From: Azolla caroliniana
Taxonomy: Eukaryota; Plantae; Polypodiophyta
Direction: 5' to 3'
Assembly: GCA_043228905.1 (NCBI GenBank)
Contig: JBHGNT010000005.1
Coordinates: 23,994,001-24,058,000, forward strand
Length of the DNA stretch: 64,000 bases
The position numbers and the translations under genes are program-made. The first letter of the stretch is position 1. The number at the start of each line of letters is the position of its first letter. Below, in pieces: positions 13,701-28,700 of this stretch. The notes beneath the pieces are model-generated. The model ran no database searches, was not told where the DNA came from, and saw only the letters and a program-made list of their open reading frames with translations.

Positions 13701-16700
13701 CTATATATGATTCATATATATGATACATAATAGAATGTACAAGGCTGTGATAAGAATAGCAGTGTGTGGCGCTAAATGATTCAATAAAATCTGAAGTACG
13801 CTAGCAAAACTGCAGAAAAAGTTAAAAATATATATGATTTTGTCACAAGACTGCATCCATTTCCACTAACAAGGTTGAGAGACAGACAAAAACGTTTTCC
13901 TATCTAGAGATGGCATGAGCATCACCATTGGAAGGCAGCACATCAAAGGCTCCTCAAAGAAAGAGGAGAACTAAACTATGAATCCATTTGCGACCCTACA
14001 ATAAATTCGAATTCCATCACAAGATTTTGTTTACTTCATGAATAGTGCGCACAAATATATTCCCACACATTTTTTGAATATTTAAGGGAAAGTCAGAGCC
14101 AAGGGCTTCTCATCCATTTCAATCAGGGCAGAGATCTCTTTTCTCAATCATGAGCATTCATATAAGGTGATCTTAAGAAGAAAACATAGAACACAACGAG
14201 AAGACAGGAAAAAGGATTTAGTCGGCATACAAAGTACACCAACCCACAATGGGTTGATATCAGATTGCATTTACAGCCACTTAGGGTGTAGTGTCAGGGA
14301 AATTATTCGAATCAACCTCATCACCAGTCCCTTCTCCAGAAGAGTTGTGCACTGTTGCAATATCCTCCATAATGTCTGCATCTTGCACAACGAAGACACA
14401 GTTCAGAGAACTTATAACAGGTTCATTCCTGAACTCTCATATATAAACCAAAGAATGTTGATGAGAGAGAACAGCCTTGTGTCACCCCACAGTATTGTGT
14501 ATATCTTGTAATAATTCCGAAACATTGATAAGGCCACCATAAGGAAAAAAACAAATAGACTTACCAACTTTGTCCTATTAATCTGTGAACACATTTGACT
14601 AATGTCATTCAATGTTCCAAATGTTTCCGTCCACTACTTACAGATTCTCAGGGATTTAAATATTTTTAAAAGCATAAACAAAATCTGACAAGACATTCAG
14701 AGCAAGATTCTAACCTGTGATGAATCAATCCCACCATCCTTCGAGTACTTAACCTGCGAAGCATTAGAAACATTATGTTTTACATGGATTCCTGATTTTA
14801 AAAATTAACACAGAGCACACGTCATAAACCTGAGAAGTTGTTTGGAGACTATGTACTTCGGCTTTTGGTGCAGGTTTAATCTGTAGGACATTATGATTAA
14901 TAAGAAACCAGCCTATACCTGTGTTTTGAAAGTTAAAGATTTAGAGCTTCAGGAGAAGGTGGTAATGAAAAGGATTCATTGGCAGAAGAATAGTCTAGAT
15001 GCTGTCTCAAAAATGTCGCCGAAATATTGGTAGAAGCCTTTTCAAAGATATTTAACTTTTAAACCATTTTAAATATTTTCTAGCACTAATCAAATCAAAT
15101 GCAAACATGAGGTGGCAAAACCAGAATCTTGCAAAAGCAGTGATACAACACAAAGCCTTTCCAACTAATAATGTGGACTTATTGCATGAAATCGTCAAAC
15201 AAGCAGTGGATCTGACGTCCATTTATCACTTTATAAATAGGTAAATACAGACAATGATGGATACAACTGTCTTCCAGTTTTCTCTTTGACTAGCTAGAGC
15301 TTATATGATGATAGGAAACTAGCACTGGAGGAAGAATTGTATGATCTCCTATTTTGTTGGCGAATGAGCTTCTACTATATGGAGATGGAAGTGATTGGAT
15401 GTAGACCCTGCAGTAATCCTGTGAGTTACAGTACAGATGCATGCTACTCAGGCATGGCCAAGCCCACAAACCCACCCTTATTCCAAGGACAAACTAAGAG
15501 TTCAATACTACTGACCAAGCTCACACAAGGTCGTCTCATAAGCATATGGTCTGATAACAGTAAGATCCCATATCTAGAATTTACCATCTGACTTCACCAA
15601 TACTAAACACCAATCTTAGATTCTTCCTATATGGGTGTCTACTTGAAGCTTGGATTATTGTAATGTTACGTTAGTGGAAGTTTTATTTGAGCAAATCTCA
15701 CAGATATTCCTATGCTAGTGAACTAGTATAATAACCAGTATGTCTACAGTAGGAAAGCCATTCATTTTACTACTCTCTCAGGCCATTCTGTCCTGAAGGT
15801 GTTTCCCTCACTTAAGGCTTTGGCCCGCTATGCAAGGTAATGGAATATGAGGACCAAAGATGCCTAGGACTTTTCTTGCTAGAGCTCAAATGACATTGGG
15901 AAAAGTTGTTGAAGAACACAGCCACACAAGCTCATCCACAAAGAACAATCACAACTTTCTTTAGCCCCATCACTCCTACTGATGCTACAAGTCAATCAAG
16001 GGATACACAAATAGGTTCCCGACCACGACATAACAAAGAGGTTACGATTGATCGGGCAATAGCAATCTGTCGTGCATGTAGGTCCCGGCCCCGGCCCCAT
16101 GGACCACGACCTCAACACCCTGGTCATCGACAGATAAAAGCCATTATCTCCCGCCATCACAGGGGCTTCCCTCACTTCAGAGACCTTTCCATTCTGGATC
16201 AACCTATGCTAGAGATCTTTCGAAGACAAAAGTTACAATACATCTAACTTGAGAATCTCACATGTGCCGAAAACCAGTTTCCCTCGTCTCGTTCTATCTT
16301 ATTTACTTTTATATTTACGGAGTAATGTTTATTTTATTTTGATTTGTTGATTTGTCGTTCTCAAAGACGAGACAACACTTAAGATGTAATCTCTTGTTTG
16401 GTCTTATAGGCCATTTTGGCCTCTTAAAAGACATTAATATATCTTTCTTTCTTAAGAGACCTCTCCATCTTGGATCGCTCATGTTGGAGATCTTTCGAAA
16501 GCAAAAGCTTCAGTCTAACTAACCTCAGAATGTTAAGTGCTTAGCTAACAAGATTATCAAGTACCTTAGGCCATCTTACTGATCTAGCTATATTCACCAT
16601 GGTTTGTTTATTTCAAAAATGGGACAACATCTTCACTTGTAATCTCTCATTTGGTCCTACATGCCATTTCAGCCTCTTAAAAGGCATTAATATATCTTTT

Positions 16701-19700
16701 TGACATTAAAATATTGTCCTTTCTTTCAACATGAATTTTTAACATCTATCCCTTACTCGAGAGTCATCTACAGTTTTTAATTATAAATACGAATCTCCAT
16801 CTTGAAATTAATACCTGCGAAGTAGCATGATTATTTGACCTCAATAACTCGGTTTTCTTTGCACCTTCCGCTGGGTGCTCATTTGATGAAGAATGTCTTC
16901 TGGAAATATGCATATCCTAATAGCCGTAACTGACACAAAACTTTTATTCAAGCATTACAGGGAATCTTCCAAACTTTATTGAAAAAGAACTAAACAGCAC
17001 AAAAGTAGTATTCAAAATAACTTACAAGATACATAGAAGATTCAAAGACTTTCTCACAAAATGGACAGTAATGTGCCTGTAATGAACACTTATGAGTTGT
17101 TACCTTCCAGACAAACATCTCAATGACCAGCTATTGATGAAGAATTTATACTCAATAATCAACGCACTTTATACTTAAACTAGTTTAGCCTATAAAAGAT
17201 TATTTCACAATCCCCTAAATTTGGTTTCTGAAATAGAAAGAAGAACAAATCAAAGTAAATAAAGTGTCTTGGCTAAATACAAGATTTTGAGCTAAAACTT
17301 GTGTCTTCAAAATATCTCCTAGATGGAAGGTCTCAAAAGTGAGGGAAGCACCTTTCGTTGCGCATTATAATGGTCTCAATTTGTCGATGACAAGAATGGA
17401 TGGGCCATGCTCTAGATGGTTGGGGGATAAATGCACGATAAATTGCTATTGTGAGACCTATGGAAACCCCGCTTTGAAGTGTCATCATCAGGACCCCATT
17501 TTTGTGAAGCGTGATGGAGCTAAATAAAGTTGTGAAGGTTCTTTGTTGATGAGCTACTATGGTTGTGTTGATGTCCTTTAACAACTACTCTCTATGGAGC
17601 ACATTTGCAGTTCCAAGAGCCACGAACTAAGTTGTGGTTATTAGATACACTTGTCACACCAACTCTTCTCTATGGAGTAGAAACGTGGGGACCAAGTCTT
17701 AGCAAGGCGAATCATTGGAAAGATTTAGAGAGACCACTAGTGTCAATGATTGCCCGCATCATAATGAGCAAAGCATTGGTGCCCCATGATATAATCCGGG
17801 CAGGGATGGGAGCAGCACCTATAGTCACCAAGGCATTGTTCCGATCAGTGACATGTAACCACCGTCTTTGGGATCTCTTGAAACGAAGGTACCCAAGGTT
17901 GGCACTTATGTCATCAAGAAAACTGGCTGAAAATGGAGACATTCATTGTTGGTATGCTGAAATGCAGCAATGGTTTGAGTCACATGGCATGAGTATAAAT
18001 GCACTACCCCCATTCCAATATAGCTTGGACTGTCCCCATCTAAATATGACCAAAGTGGAAAAGAATAGAGAGAAAGAATATTATGAACTTGGATAACATA
18101 ACATGGATCCACCCCAAAATTTCACTAGGTACAAAGATGGCCCACTACAAGACACACTTCTTACACATCAGAGGATGGATTCACTATCAGGCCACCTTAT
18201 ATGGACATACATCTATCCTATGCGATGCGTAGTGTGATAGGGTAGCTGAGAACTTCATCACATCAGTTAGAGATTGAGGTAGGCAGATATACACGTATAC
18301 TTGTAGAAGAAAGAATTTGCAAATTGTGCCATCAAGGAGTGGAATCCAAAGAACACTATGTTTGTCATTGTAGTGTCTTTTATGAAATCAGAGGGAGATA
18401 CCATTGTCTCTTTAAACAAGGCTTTGGTCCACTACGCAAGGTAATGGAATATGAGGACCAACAGTGCCTTGGACTTTTCTTGCTAGAAGTCAAGAGACAG
18501 GGAAAAGTTGTTGAAGGACAATAATACTGCCACACAACCTCATCAACAAAGGACAATCACAACTTTCTTTAGCCCCATCACTCCTACTGATGCTACAAGT
18601 CAATCAAGGGATACACAAATGGGCTCCCGACCAGGGCATAACAAAGAGGTTATAATTGATTGGGCAATAGCAATTCATCATGCACATAGGCCCCGGCTCC
18701 ATGGACCATGACCTCAGCACCCTTGTCATCGACAGATAAAGGCCATTATCTCCCGCCATCACAAGTGCTTCCCTCGCTTCGGAGACTTCTCCATTCTGGA
18801 TTGACCTATGCTAGAGATCTTTCAAAGACAAAAGTTACAATATATCTAACTTGAGAATCTCACATGTGCTGAGTAATGCTTGAGAATCTAACTTTTGTAT
18901 TTACTGAGTAATACTTATTCTATTTTGATTTGTTGTTCTCAAAGATGAGACAATACTGAAGATATAATCTCTTGTTTGGTCTTATAGGCAATTTTCGCCT
19001 CTTAAAAGACGTTAATATATCTTTCTTTCTTCCTTCTTTCTATGACTCTTCAGTTCTAGCAAGAACAGTCCCAAGCATTGTTGGTCCTCATATTCCATTG
19101 CCTTGCATAGTGGGTCAAAGCATTGCCGTTTTTCATAAAAGAACAACAGAATGGAAAAGATGGCATTCTTCTAATTCCAAAATGGCAAACATAGACTGCA
19201 TGCATATCTAACCAATGGCAAATATAGATTTGCACACATATCTACCAATCTAAGTCTCTCATTGATGTCATGAGGTCCTGAGACGCCCTATGACATAGTG
19301 GATTGCAAGAGATGTAAATGTCTATCCATGTATTATGTCCTGATAATAACTCCATCTTGAGACCTGTGCAAAAAGAGTGGCTTATAGTGCCCATTTCACT
19401 ACCAAGAGACATTGTGGGGCTGACCTATGTTTCAATAGCCAGTTTCATGATATCTGTTTGTATTGCACTACTCTTTTCCACTTTGATCATGTTCAAGCAT
19501 GGACAATCCAAGCTTACTGGAACAGGGGGTAGTGCATTTATGCTTATGTGATGTGACTAGTATGTGACTCCTTTCTAAAACGGGGCTTTACTGCTCTAGT
19601 ATGTGTATCCTGTGTTCCAAGCTTGTTTTGGCAATCCATGATCAGGCTTATTCTTGACTTTTGTGATATGCGTGACTACTCTTTGCATGGCTGAGAGAAA

Positions 19701-22700
19701 TCTTTTTAACATCCAGGGGAGACCGATTGCAACCTATGGGACAAGGTCTAACTCAGGGCAAGGATCAAACTTGGGTTCTCTCCATTTTATGACTTTGATG
19801 CGTGCAATGTCGTCCACTAGAAAAGAGATACACATCAAGAAGACATTAGAGATGACAAAGATGGACTAGACATTTGACAAAGCACAATGTTCATTGAAGA
19901 CCATTCCCCATTGCCCACTCACTAGCTTCTCTACCCCTTGCTACACTTTGCATTGCATTTGTTACAATTCTAATCTCTATTGATCAACTTGTGTTTGATT
20001 TATTGCTTCCATTGTCATCTCTATTGATAAGATGATGCTGGAAATTTTACTAGAGATAGTAGCCCATGAGTCTTCTCTGAGGCAGCACATCAAAGGTGTC
20101 AATGGAATATCCTAAAGTGTCAATGTGAACGCAAGGTCCAATGAATTGTATGTGACCACAATTATGTGCTTTCATTGTCAAATTAGGAAAATTTTGCAAT
20201 GAGTACATAGCTAGAGGTTGCTATCCTCTATGATAGAGGGATAAGAAAAAGAAAGAAACGCAACCCTTTACTACTATGGGGAATGTCTAAATAAAGCTTA
20301 AAAGTGAATTATATTACGTCAAATAGGCTTGAGAAACATCCTAGTTCAAATATAAAAAATACTCTCACCCAGAAGTTCAAATATAACTATGCTCTTTCAG
20401 TCTTCCAAGTAAATGATATGGCCATAGCCTTTATTTGAGATGATTATCAGCTAGAAAAAAATCTAGAAATAATTTAGAAATAATAAACATAGATTGGAAT
20501 TTGTTAATGTGTCAAAAGCTTATGAGTTGCTGGTTGGCTTTTGAAACATTAATACATCTAGAAAACAAATTCCAATTTATGTTTATTATTTCTAGATTAT
20601 TCTATGTAATTAGGTGATTCCATGTGAATTTATCTATTTTGTTCAAGTTTTGAAGCATGCCTGTGTGGGTTGTACAGTTGTTGTTGCTGGTTGTCTTTGA
20701 GTACGAAGTAATGATTCATAAGTACGTATTGTCTACAAAATGTAGAACTCATAAGCATAATATTGAGTTTATGTAACATACACAAATGATAACAAGAATC
20801 ATTATTGCCTAAAACTATAGTAGACCAACATGCCGAATACATTCACACTCGAAAAAGATAAATCTATTGCAAACTGTAGGAAAGGTAAATGCTACTGTTC
20901 CCACAACAGGAATGAATCCATCTGGTTTTTTAGGACATGAGAAATTCAGTAAAATATACCCCATCTCCAAATACAAGGCAATGATCATGTCTCTGTTGGC
21001 AGCCCAAAAACAGCCAGCAGAAGCAACCAAGATGCTCCATTGCATGCTGATGAACTGAGTCCATATAACCACATATGTGACGGCTGTCAAATATGAGTCT
21101 CCACTTGGAAAATGCGGGCAGTAGGCAATCCATATACTAAAATGATATAGCAGAAAATGTGACAGCTCCTTCCACTATAAAGGCTAAATAAGTGCATCAT
21201 TATGAAAAGGCAACAGTGTCAAACTCCATTTACACCTGCTAAGTGGTCATTCATGCTCCCATTCAGTATCATGATTCATTACAATTGTTCCTGATCATAT
21301 CTCCGTGTTGTATAGTAGATGTCACATCTCAACAATAGTACGTTCCCATGATTGTTTTCAAACTTCAACCGATTGATTATCTATAAGAATCATTGAGCAA
21401 AATTGATCTATTATTTATCATCATAAATTGCAAAAGAGTGAACAATAGAATATCGCTATCCCACTGCAAATTTTCACTCATATTTATAATATGCACATCA
21501 ATCTTCCACTGTATTCTTTAAATTGTGCTCTGGCTGAATTTTTTCTGGTTTTTGGGCAACCGACCTTCTAGCACTCAGCATGAAAGAATTCTCATGAGAT
21601 TACATAAGAATATAGCATGTCCTATCTCATTAAATAATCTCCAAGAAATCAATATTATACATATGAACATGTGAAAAAGCAAAACTAATTTCTCACCATT
21701 ACTCATCATATTTTTTTATCTCATTTTCTTGTTCTTTGAAAGCTTTTTGATTAAATAATCCTCCACATTTCATGAGAAAAATACCTTTTTGGCTTGTTTC
21801 AAATCACGTCGACTTTGGCATAGAGCTTCATGCTGCCAAACACAACGCAGTCTAAATTTCTCAGCGCGCTTAAAAAGGCTCCCTCCAGCTTCCAGTAACC
21901 GAGTCTTTTGAGAATGAAACAACTCTTGCATATGAAGTAAGTATTCCACCTTTCATGGTCTCAGACAAAAGTACAGAATTTATAATTAGAATTCCACATC
22001 TAAGATCATAACAAAAATTGAGGAAAAAGTACATTATCAAGAAAATAACAAACATCATTGGATGTAGTTATTTCTAAGCCACATGCATTAATGAAGCTAG
22101 ATTTGCTGTTGATTACCATTAATTGAGAAAGGCGGAAAAGTTTCATGAAATTGGCCTCCGTAAAATTTCGTGTATCTTCTCCTTGAATATCTCCAAAGGT
22201 GACCGTGTCAAGGACACTTTCCAACTTGACAACATCTATAGTTACGTATAAAAGTACAATTACTTCTCACGGAAAATATTCTGGACAATAAGGAAAAAGG
22301 AACTGCGTAAAATGAGATGAGCCTTTCTTCGAAGGATATCAGATTAAACTTAATACATAACTATTTTTCATCATGCTAATATTCCTGCTTTTGTCACTAT
22401 TTACTTCTGGGGAGAACCTTTCTGTTAGTGAGGAATCTTACAAATTTTAGTATTACTCACAGAATCTGGACACAAGTGCTCACAAGAACTTCATCACCAT
22501 GGCACAGCGAACCAACGGCTACCACGAGATTGGCGCAGGGGATTCTTTGAATTGGAATGGTGGCCACCTCAATGGATGGCAGCCCCACGAGAACATCTAC
22601 CAGTTTTCGGTAGGACCTACAGTGTCCTCAATATCAGAATCCCGGCCATTTAGCCACAGAATGTGGACTGAGCAACCAATGGTGCGCTATTTGACAGATG

Positions 22701-25700
22701 AACAAGCGGCGGGAACAAACCAGTCGCTCAGGTAGCAGCTGTCACAACTGCTTCAGGACGATCCCCGGAGACTCAACTCACCAACCAGTCCAAAGGAAAT
22801 GATCCTGACAATAAAGGTAGCAACTATCGACGCCCCAATTACAAACGAAGAAGAGATTCAGACAGCAGGCCAAGGAGAGACTACAAAGATGGTCAGGATA
22901 AGCACGAGATGTGTTGCTTCATTTGCAACGAAAAAGGCCATAAGAAAATCAATTGCACACACCGAGCAGCAATTCAAAAGGAGAAGGAAAAAGGCACACA
23001 ACCAGCAGTAAACATGGTTCAGATCGAATTAATGGAAGGTGAAGATACCACAGCGGTGTTTGTCGCCACCCCTAGTCAAACCAAGCACAATGAATGGGAA
23101 GTAGACATTGTTGTAAAATACTTAGCATAAAATACGTGTACAATATGTATTCTAAGTATTCTACAAGTATTCTAACTTTTTTTTTAAATACTTAGAAAAC
23201 GTATTTTATAGATAAAGTACGTTAAATACGTTAAATACTTAGAATACGTGTAGAATACGTTTAGAATACTTAGAATACATGTAGAATAATTGTAAAATAC
23301 GTTAAATACTTCTTAAAAAAAATTTCAAAAAAAAGAAAATATTTTTTGAAATGATAAATACTTGTTAAATATGTTGAATATGTAGAAGACGTCAAAATTT
23401 AAAAAACAGCAGTTCTAAAGCGTAGAATACGTGTAGAATACTTAAGAGTATTCTAAAACGTAGAATACATGTAGAATACTTCAGAGTATTCTAAAACGTA
23501 CTCTAAACGTAGAATACGCGTTTTTTAACAACTATGGAAGTAGAGAAGAATGTCCATGAAGAAGTAAGAGCATTGCTATTGCAAGAGAATGTCACCAACA
23601 AAATGGTAACCCCTGAACATACCGCCCCAGCTCCCATACACGAACTCAAAAGTCCGACTAGAGAAACAAACATCTGGGAGGCATTACGAAAACAGGAAAT
23701 TACATTTTGTGTAGATGAGCTGCTACCACTAGTACCTCGATTTCGTGACCAAATCATCAGTGGTGCACTAATGACAGCAAAAGTAGCACAAAGCTTGACA
23801 GTCTCCACCAGCGAGCAAGATCCGGATACCTCGCCTGAAGTATACGACAATGAAACCATACAAATAGACGCTCGTATCAAGGGACAGTTGGTGAGCGGTA
23901 TTGTGGTAGATAGTGGCAATGGCGTGAACATCATTGCGGATTACTTATGCCATACACTTGGGGTATCTTGCTAGGAACCCACACCACTACTACTCTGTAT
24001 GGCAGACCAGCAACCAGTTCACCCCCTCAGCATGTTAGCATGTGTTCCCGTAAACATTGGTGGAGTGTTCATCAACATTGCCTTACTGGTTGTCTGCATG
24101 GAGTATGTGAACTCATCCTACACACTCCTTCTAAGATGTCCCTGTATGAAGAAGTTCAAATTGGACCAAAAGTGGGATCAGCCATATCTAAAAAATCGGC
24201 ACAGACGTAAGATCCAGGTTCCAATTAATCGCACCCAACTCTCTAGGCAGCATAGGCCACAAGTCGCAGAAGGATTGCACATGTCTTCTGGTCTAGAGGA
24301 TGATAAAACAGAGAGGACATTATCAATTCAATCCCAAACTTGGTCAGCTTGTTTGACATGGACATTTGCGGCTGGCTGAACACTATAAGTCCACTCCACT
24401 CCCAGATAGCATTCAGGTGGTTGTCCATGCGAAAAACAACTTCCAAAAGGAACTTCAACACTCAAGAAGGGTCAAGGAGAGTGACCTAGAGGATCTGAAC
24501 TTAGGCATGGCAGATGATCCCAAGATTGTGAAAATCGGTACCTGATTACCTAGGGAATTCAAAGAGAAACTGACGGCAATCTTACAAGAGTACAAGGATG
24601 TATTCGCCTGGAGCTAAGATGAGATTAAGTGCATTGATCCAAAGTTCTACCAGCATCACATTCAACTCCAAGAAGATGCCAACCCAGTTAAGCAACAACG
24701 ATATACGATGAACACAAAGTATGCACTGCAGGTAAAAGAGGAAATCGACAAACTTCTGAAAGTTTGATTTATTAAACCAATTGACAAAGCTGCTTGGCTA
24801 TCCCTGATCGTTGTACTACCAAAGAAAAATGGCAAACTCCATATATGCATGGACTATCACAAGCTCAATACAGCCACAGTCAATGATCCATTCCCATTAC
24901 CCTTCACATATACAATCTTGGATACAATGGCGGGACATCAAATCTACTCCTTCATGGACGGATTCAGTGGCTACAACCAAGTAAGGATGGCAGAGGAAGA
25001 CCAAGAGAAGACACCTTTTGTAACAGAATGGGGGGTGTTTGTGGTAGATTTCATGATGTTCGGATTGAAGAACGCGCCAGCCACTTTCCAAAGGATGATA
25101 ATGGAAATCTTTGAGGAATTCATACCAAATTTCATGCAAGTGTTCTTGGATGACTTTGCCCTCTTCAGCACACTCTTTGAACACATCGAATATTTCACAA
25201 AATGCTAACAGAAGTGCCGCATGGCAATGTTGAGTCTTAATCCGTCCAAATGAACATTTGCAGTACGGAGTGGCATGCTACTCGAGCATATCGTTTCCAA
25301 AGAAGGTATAGCAATTGACCCAGGCAAAGTCAAGCTATCATGGATGCGAAAGCCCCAAGAAACACAAAGGAGCTCATGAGGTTCTTCAGACAGATCCGTT
25401 GGCATAGTCGGGTGTTACGCTTTCTTGCGGATTTAGCTACTCCATTACACATTGCGGTAGATGCCGCTCCCTTTAGTTGGACAAAAGTTGAAGGCCTAGC
25501 ATATCACAAGCTTAAGATCATCTTGCCAAAAGCACCAGTGGTACAACCTACCAATTGGACCAAACCTTTTCACATTTTTCTTGATGCATCGGAATTGCCA
25601 TTGGGAGTATTCTCATGCAAGAACATGAACTGGGGTGGTTTCGCCCAGTTTACTATGCTAGTCGCCGTCTTTCCAAAGCAAAACGTAACTACAACACCAC

Positions 25701-28700
25701 AGAAAGTGAAGCACTTGGCATGATCTATTCGGTGCAGAAGTTTCGTCATTATTTACCAGGTAATAAGTTCACCTTTCATGTTGATCATTCAACACTACTC
25801 TACCTAGTAAAGAAACAATTAGTGACGGGGAAACTAGCATGATGGATGCTCTTGCTCCAAGAATTTGACTTTGATAACTTAACCAAGGTATGCATCAAAG
25901 TGCAAAAGTACATAATAATCCCAATCATAGAACGTAATAAACGTGTTCGTGCAAGCATACAAACATTTGAAAACGTTTGGAAACGAATACGTTTGAAAAA
26001 AAAAAATACGTATTCCTTTTTTTTTTGTTTTCCCTTTTTTATTATTAGAAATTAGCTCACCCTAGTGGTAAGTTGTTGTGCTACTATCGCCTATGACTTG
26101 GGTTCAAATCCCAATTTTCTCCCTCTCTATCTCTCCTTAGTGTCATGTCATAGTAAAATTTTATGTTAGTGTCATGTTTGTTGGAGGGTGGCAGCTCCAG
26201 CCCTGCACTCTCTTTCATATTTATTATCTTTGAACTACATTCTCTCTTTTCTCAGATTCTTCTCTCTCTAGAATCTGCAACTCTTTAAATGCCTTCTCTC
26301 TCTAGAATCTGCAATGCTTTAAATGCCTTTTCTCTCTTCTACCTTTTCCAAGATATTCCTAGTTTTTTATACCTGTTTGGTAGTACAAGAGTCACTTAAC
26401 TACCAAACAGCCATTTCACCCACATTCCCCAATTTTGTATAAATAGGCTATACCAGCCTCTTTTGTATAAGTTTTCATTTTCTTTTTTGCTACTTAAAAC
26501 AAGCTCTATTCCTTGGCTGTGTCTCTACTCTTTGCAACCATTTTTTCTACTGCTGTCTAACAGCCTTCTCACAGCTTGGCTGTGCCTATTTTGTTTTAAG
26601 TCTTCCGCTGCTGCTATTAACAGCTTTTCTCACATGGTATCAGAGCAGTGAGGTCTCCATATCCTCAGCCTGATTTATTTTTTTGCCAAAGAGCACACAG
26701 ACCTATCTTCTTTTATCCCTCCCTCCCAACCCTACAGAGGAGGCTCTTCTGTTTTCTTTTCCCCTTATCTGAGCCTCACCTAGCATCTAGGGAGAAGTAG
26801 AAAGACCCTGAGTATCTACTTACAACTGCTGTAAATTGTCCAGCTGTAGCTCAAGAGGAGGATATCCATGGCCTCACATGCCACCATTGTTTCATCAACC
26901 ATTCCCCAACTCCCCAAAGAATCCATCTTGGATGGGAACAATTACTTGGATTGGGAGCTACAAATAAAGACCTTGCTACAATACCATCATTTATGGAATG
27001 TAGTCAATGGTAGTGACAAGAAACCACCAGTAACTTCATCCTCTTCAACCAAATCAGTTGCTGGCTCATCTAACGCTGAGATTGAAGCTTGGCTAGATAA
27101 GGATTCTCGTGCTCATGCTTTCCTCATGTTTAATATTAAACCGAGCATCGCTCGTCAATTTCAAGATAAAGATGACGAGACAGCCAATGAACTATGGACA
27201 GCCATCAAAAGGAGGTATCATCGAGCTAATCATGCTCAAATGATAGCTATTGAAAGCCAACTAGCAAATCTCAAGATTCATGACACTCCCAACATCATGG
27301 ATCAAATAACGGAATTTGTCACTCTCCAAAAGGAACTAGTTTCTTTGGGAAGCAAGTCCACTGAAGTTGAGTTTGTGCATCGTCTAATGATAAAGTTGCC
27401 TGAGTCATTCTCAGCCTTTTGTGACACCATTTCTCTTCTTCCCAACACACCTGACATGAATACATTTCTTGGTATGCTACAAGATAGGGCAACAAGGAAG
27501 AAAAGTGCTCAAACTTCCAATGAGACGCTTCTACATGCGACAAGTAAAGGCAAGTGGAAGCAAAATGGTAACTCCTACAACAAACCCAATACAAGACCGC
27601 CAAACAACCCAGCTTACAAGGAGCTCACTTGTCATTATTGTGGCTACAAAGGTCACATTCAACCAGATTGTCGGAAAAAGAAAAGGGACAATGCTAAGAA
27701 CTCCTCTTCTACCAGAAATCAACCTACACCGAAATCCAACTCGGCCCACTCAGCCAAAGAAACAGTTTTCCTTGGCATTGAGGAACATACTTCACATTTG
27801 GCTGGACCAACTACTTCAACCATCGATGAGTGGTTAGTAGATAGTGGTGCCACTTCACACATGACCTATGACAAATCCATTTTGCATGATGTGAAGCCTA
27901 GCTCTTCCCAAATCTCTATAGGAGATGCCTCAAGCATTGAGGCTTCATGTGTGGGTAATGTGGTTCTTGACAATTCTTCAAGTGAAGAACCTGTCGTTCT
28001 TCAAGATGTGCTACATGTGCCTCGCATCTCTACCAACCTACTTTCGGTTTACAAAATCACCAAGCAAGGTTATGGAGTCTACTTTGATAGCTCAGTTTTG
28101 GAAGTGATTGACACCAACAGCATACAAATTGTAGCTAGTGGCACACAAGAAGGGGGTTTATATCGCCTAAAAAGCTCCCATAGCCCCTTGGAAAACTCCA
28201 AATCTCATCTTCTTCATCTTCTTCAAGGCTCTCATGCCTTGGTGGCACAAGAAGATCCCACGTTGTGGCATGCTAGGTTTGGTCATCTCAACTATGATTC
28301 TCTTCAAAAGCTCTCCTCCTCCCAACTAGTTGAGGATCTTCCTATTTTCAAATCTCCCAATACCCCATGTGTTGCTTGTCTTCATGGCAAGCAACATCGA
28401 GAGCCTTTCCCTCATGAAGCCACTCACCGAGCAACATCTATCTTGGAGTTAGTGCACATGGATCTTTGTGGTCCCATGAAAACCACTACTCTTGGTGGTG
28501 CACGCTACTTCATGCTTATAATTGATGACTTCTCCCGCAAGGTTTGGGTTTATTTTCTTGTAGAAAAATCCCAAGCCTTCGCAAAATTTCAAGAATGGGT
28601 AGCTCTCGTGGAGAACGAGACATCGAAGAAAGTTCGAAAGATCAGGTCGGACAATGGTGGAGAGTTTATCTCCAAAGCTTTCCACCATTTCTGCTCTCAA

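Noticed and set aside
14919-15038. Coding-looking stretch [18 protein letters not shown].. as an extra exon
   Set aside because: It hits an in-frame TAA before the nearby donor, and the flanking exons join in phase without it.
26052-26111. tRNA gene (also B-box-like motifs at ~19765, 54250 and 60212)
   Set aside because: A/B-box-like motifs only, with no convincing cloverleaf. Most lie within TE-derived DNA.
26463-26651. Duplicated small hydrophobic protein (also 31293-31508)
   Set aside because: Chance ORF in the T-rich copia LTR, duplicated only because the LTRs are.
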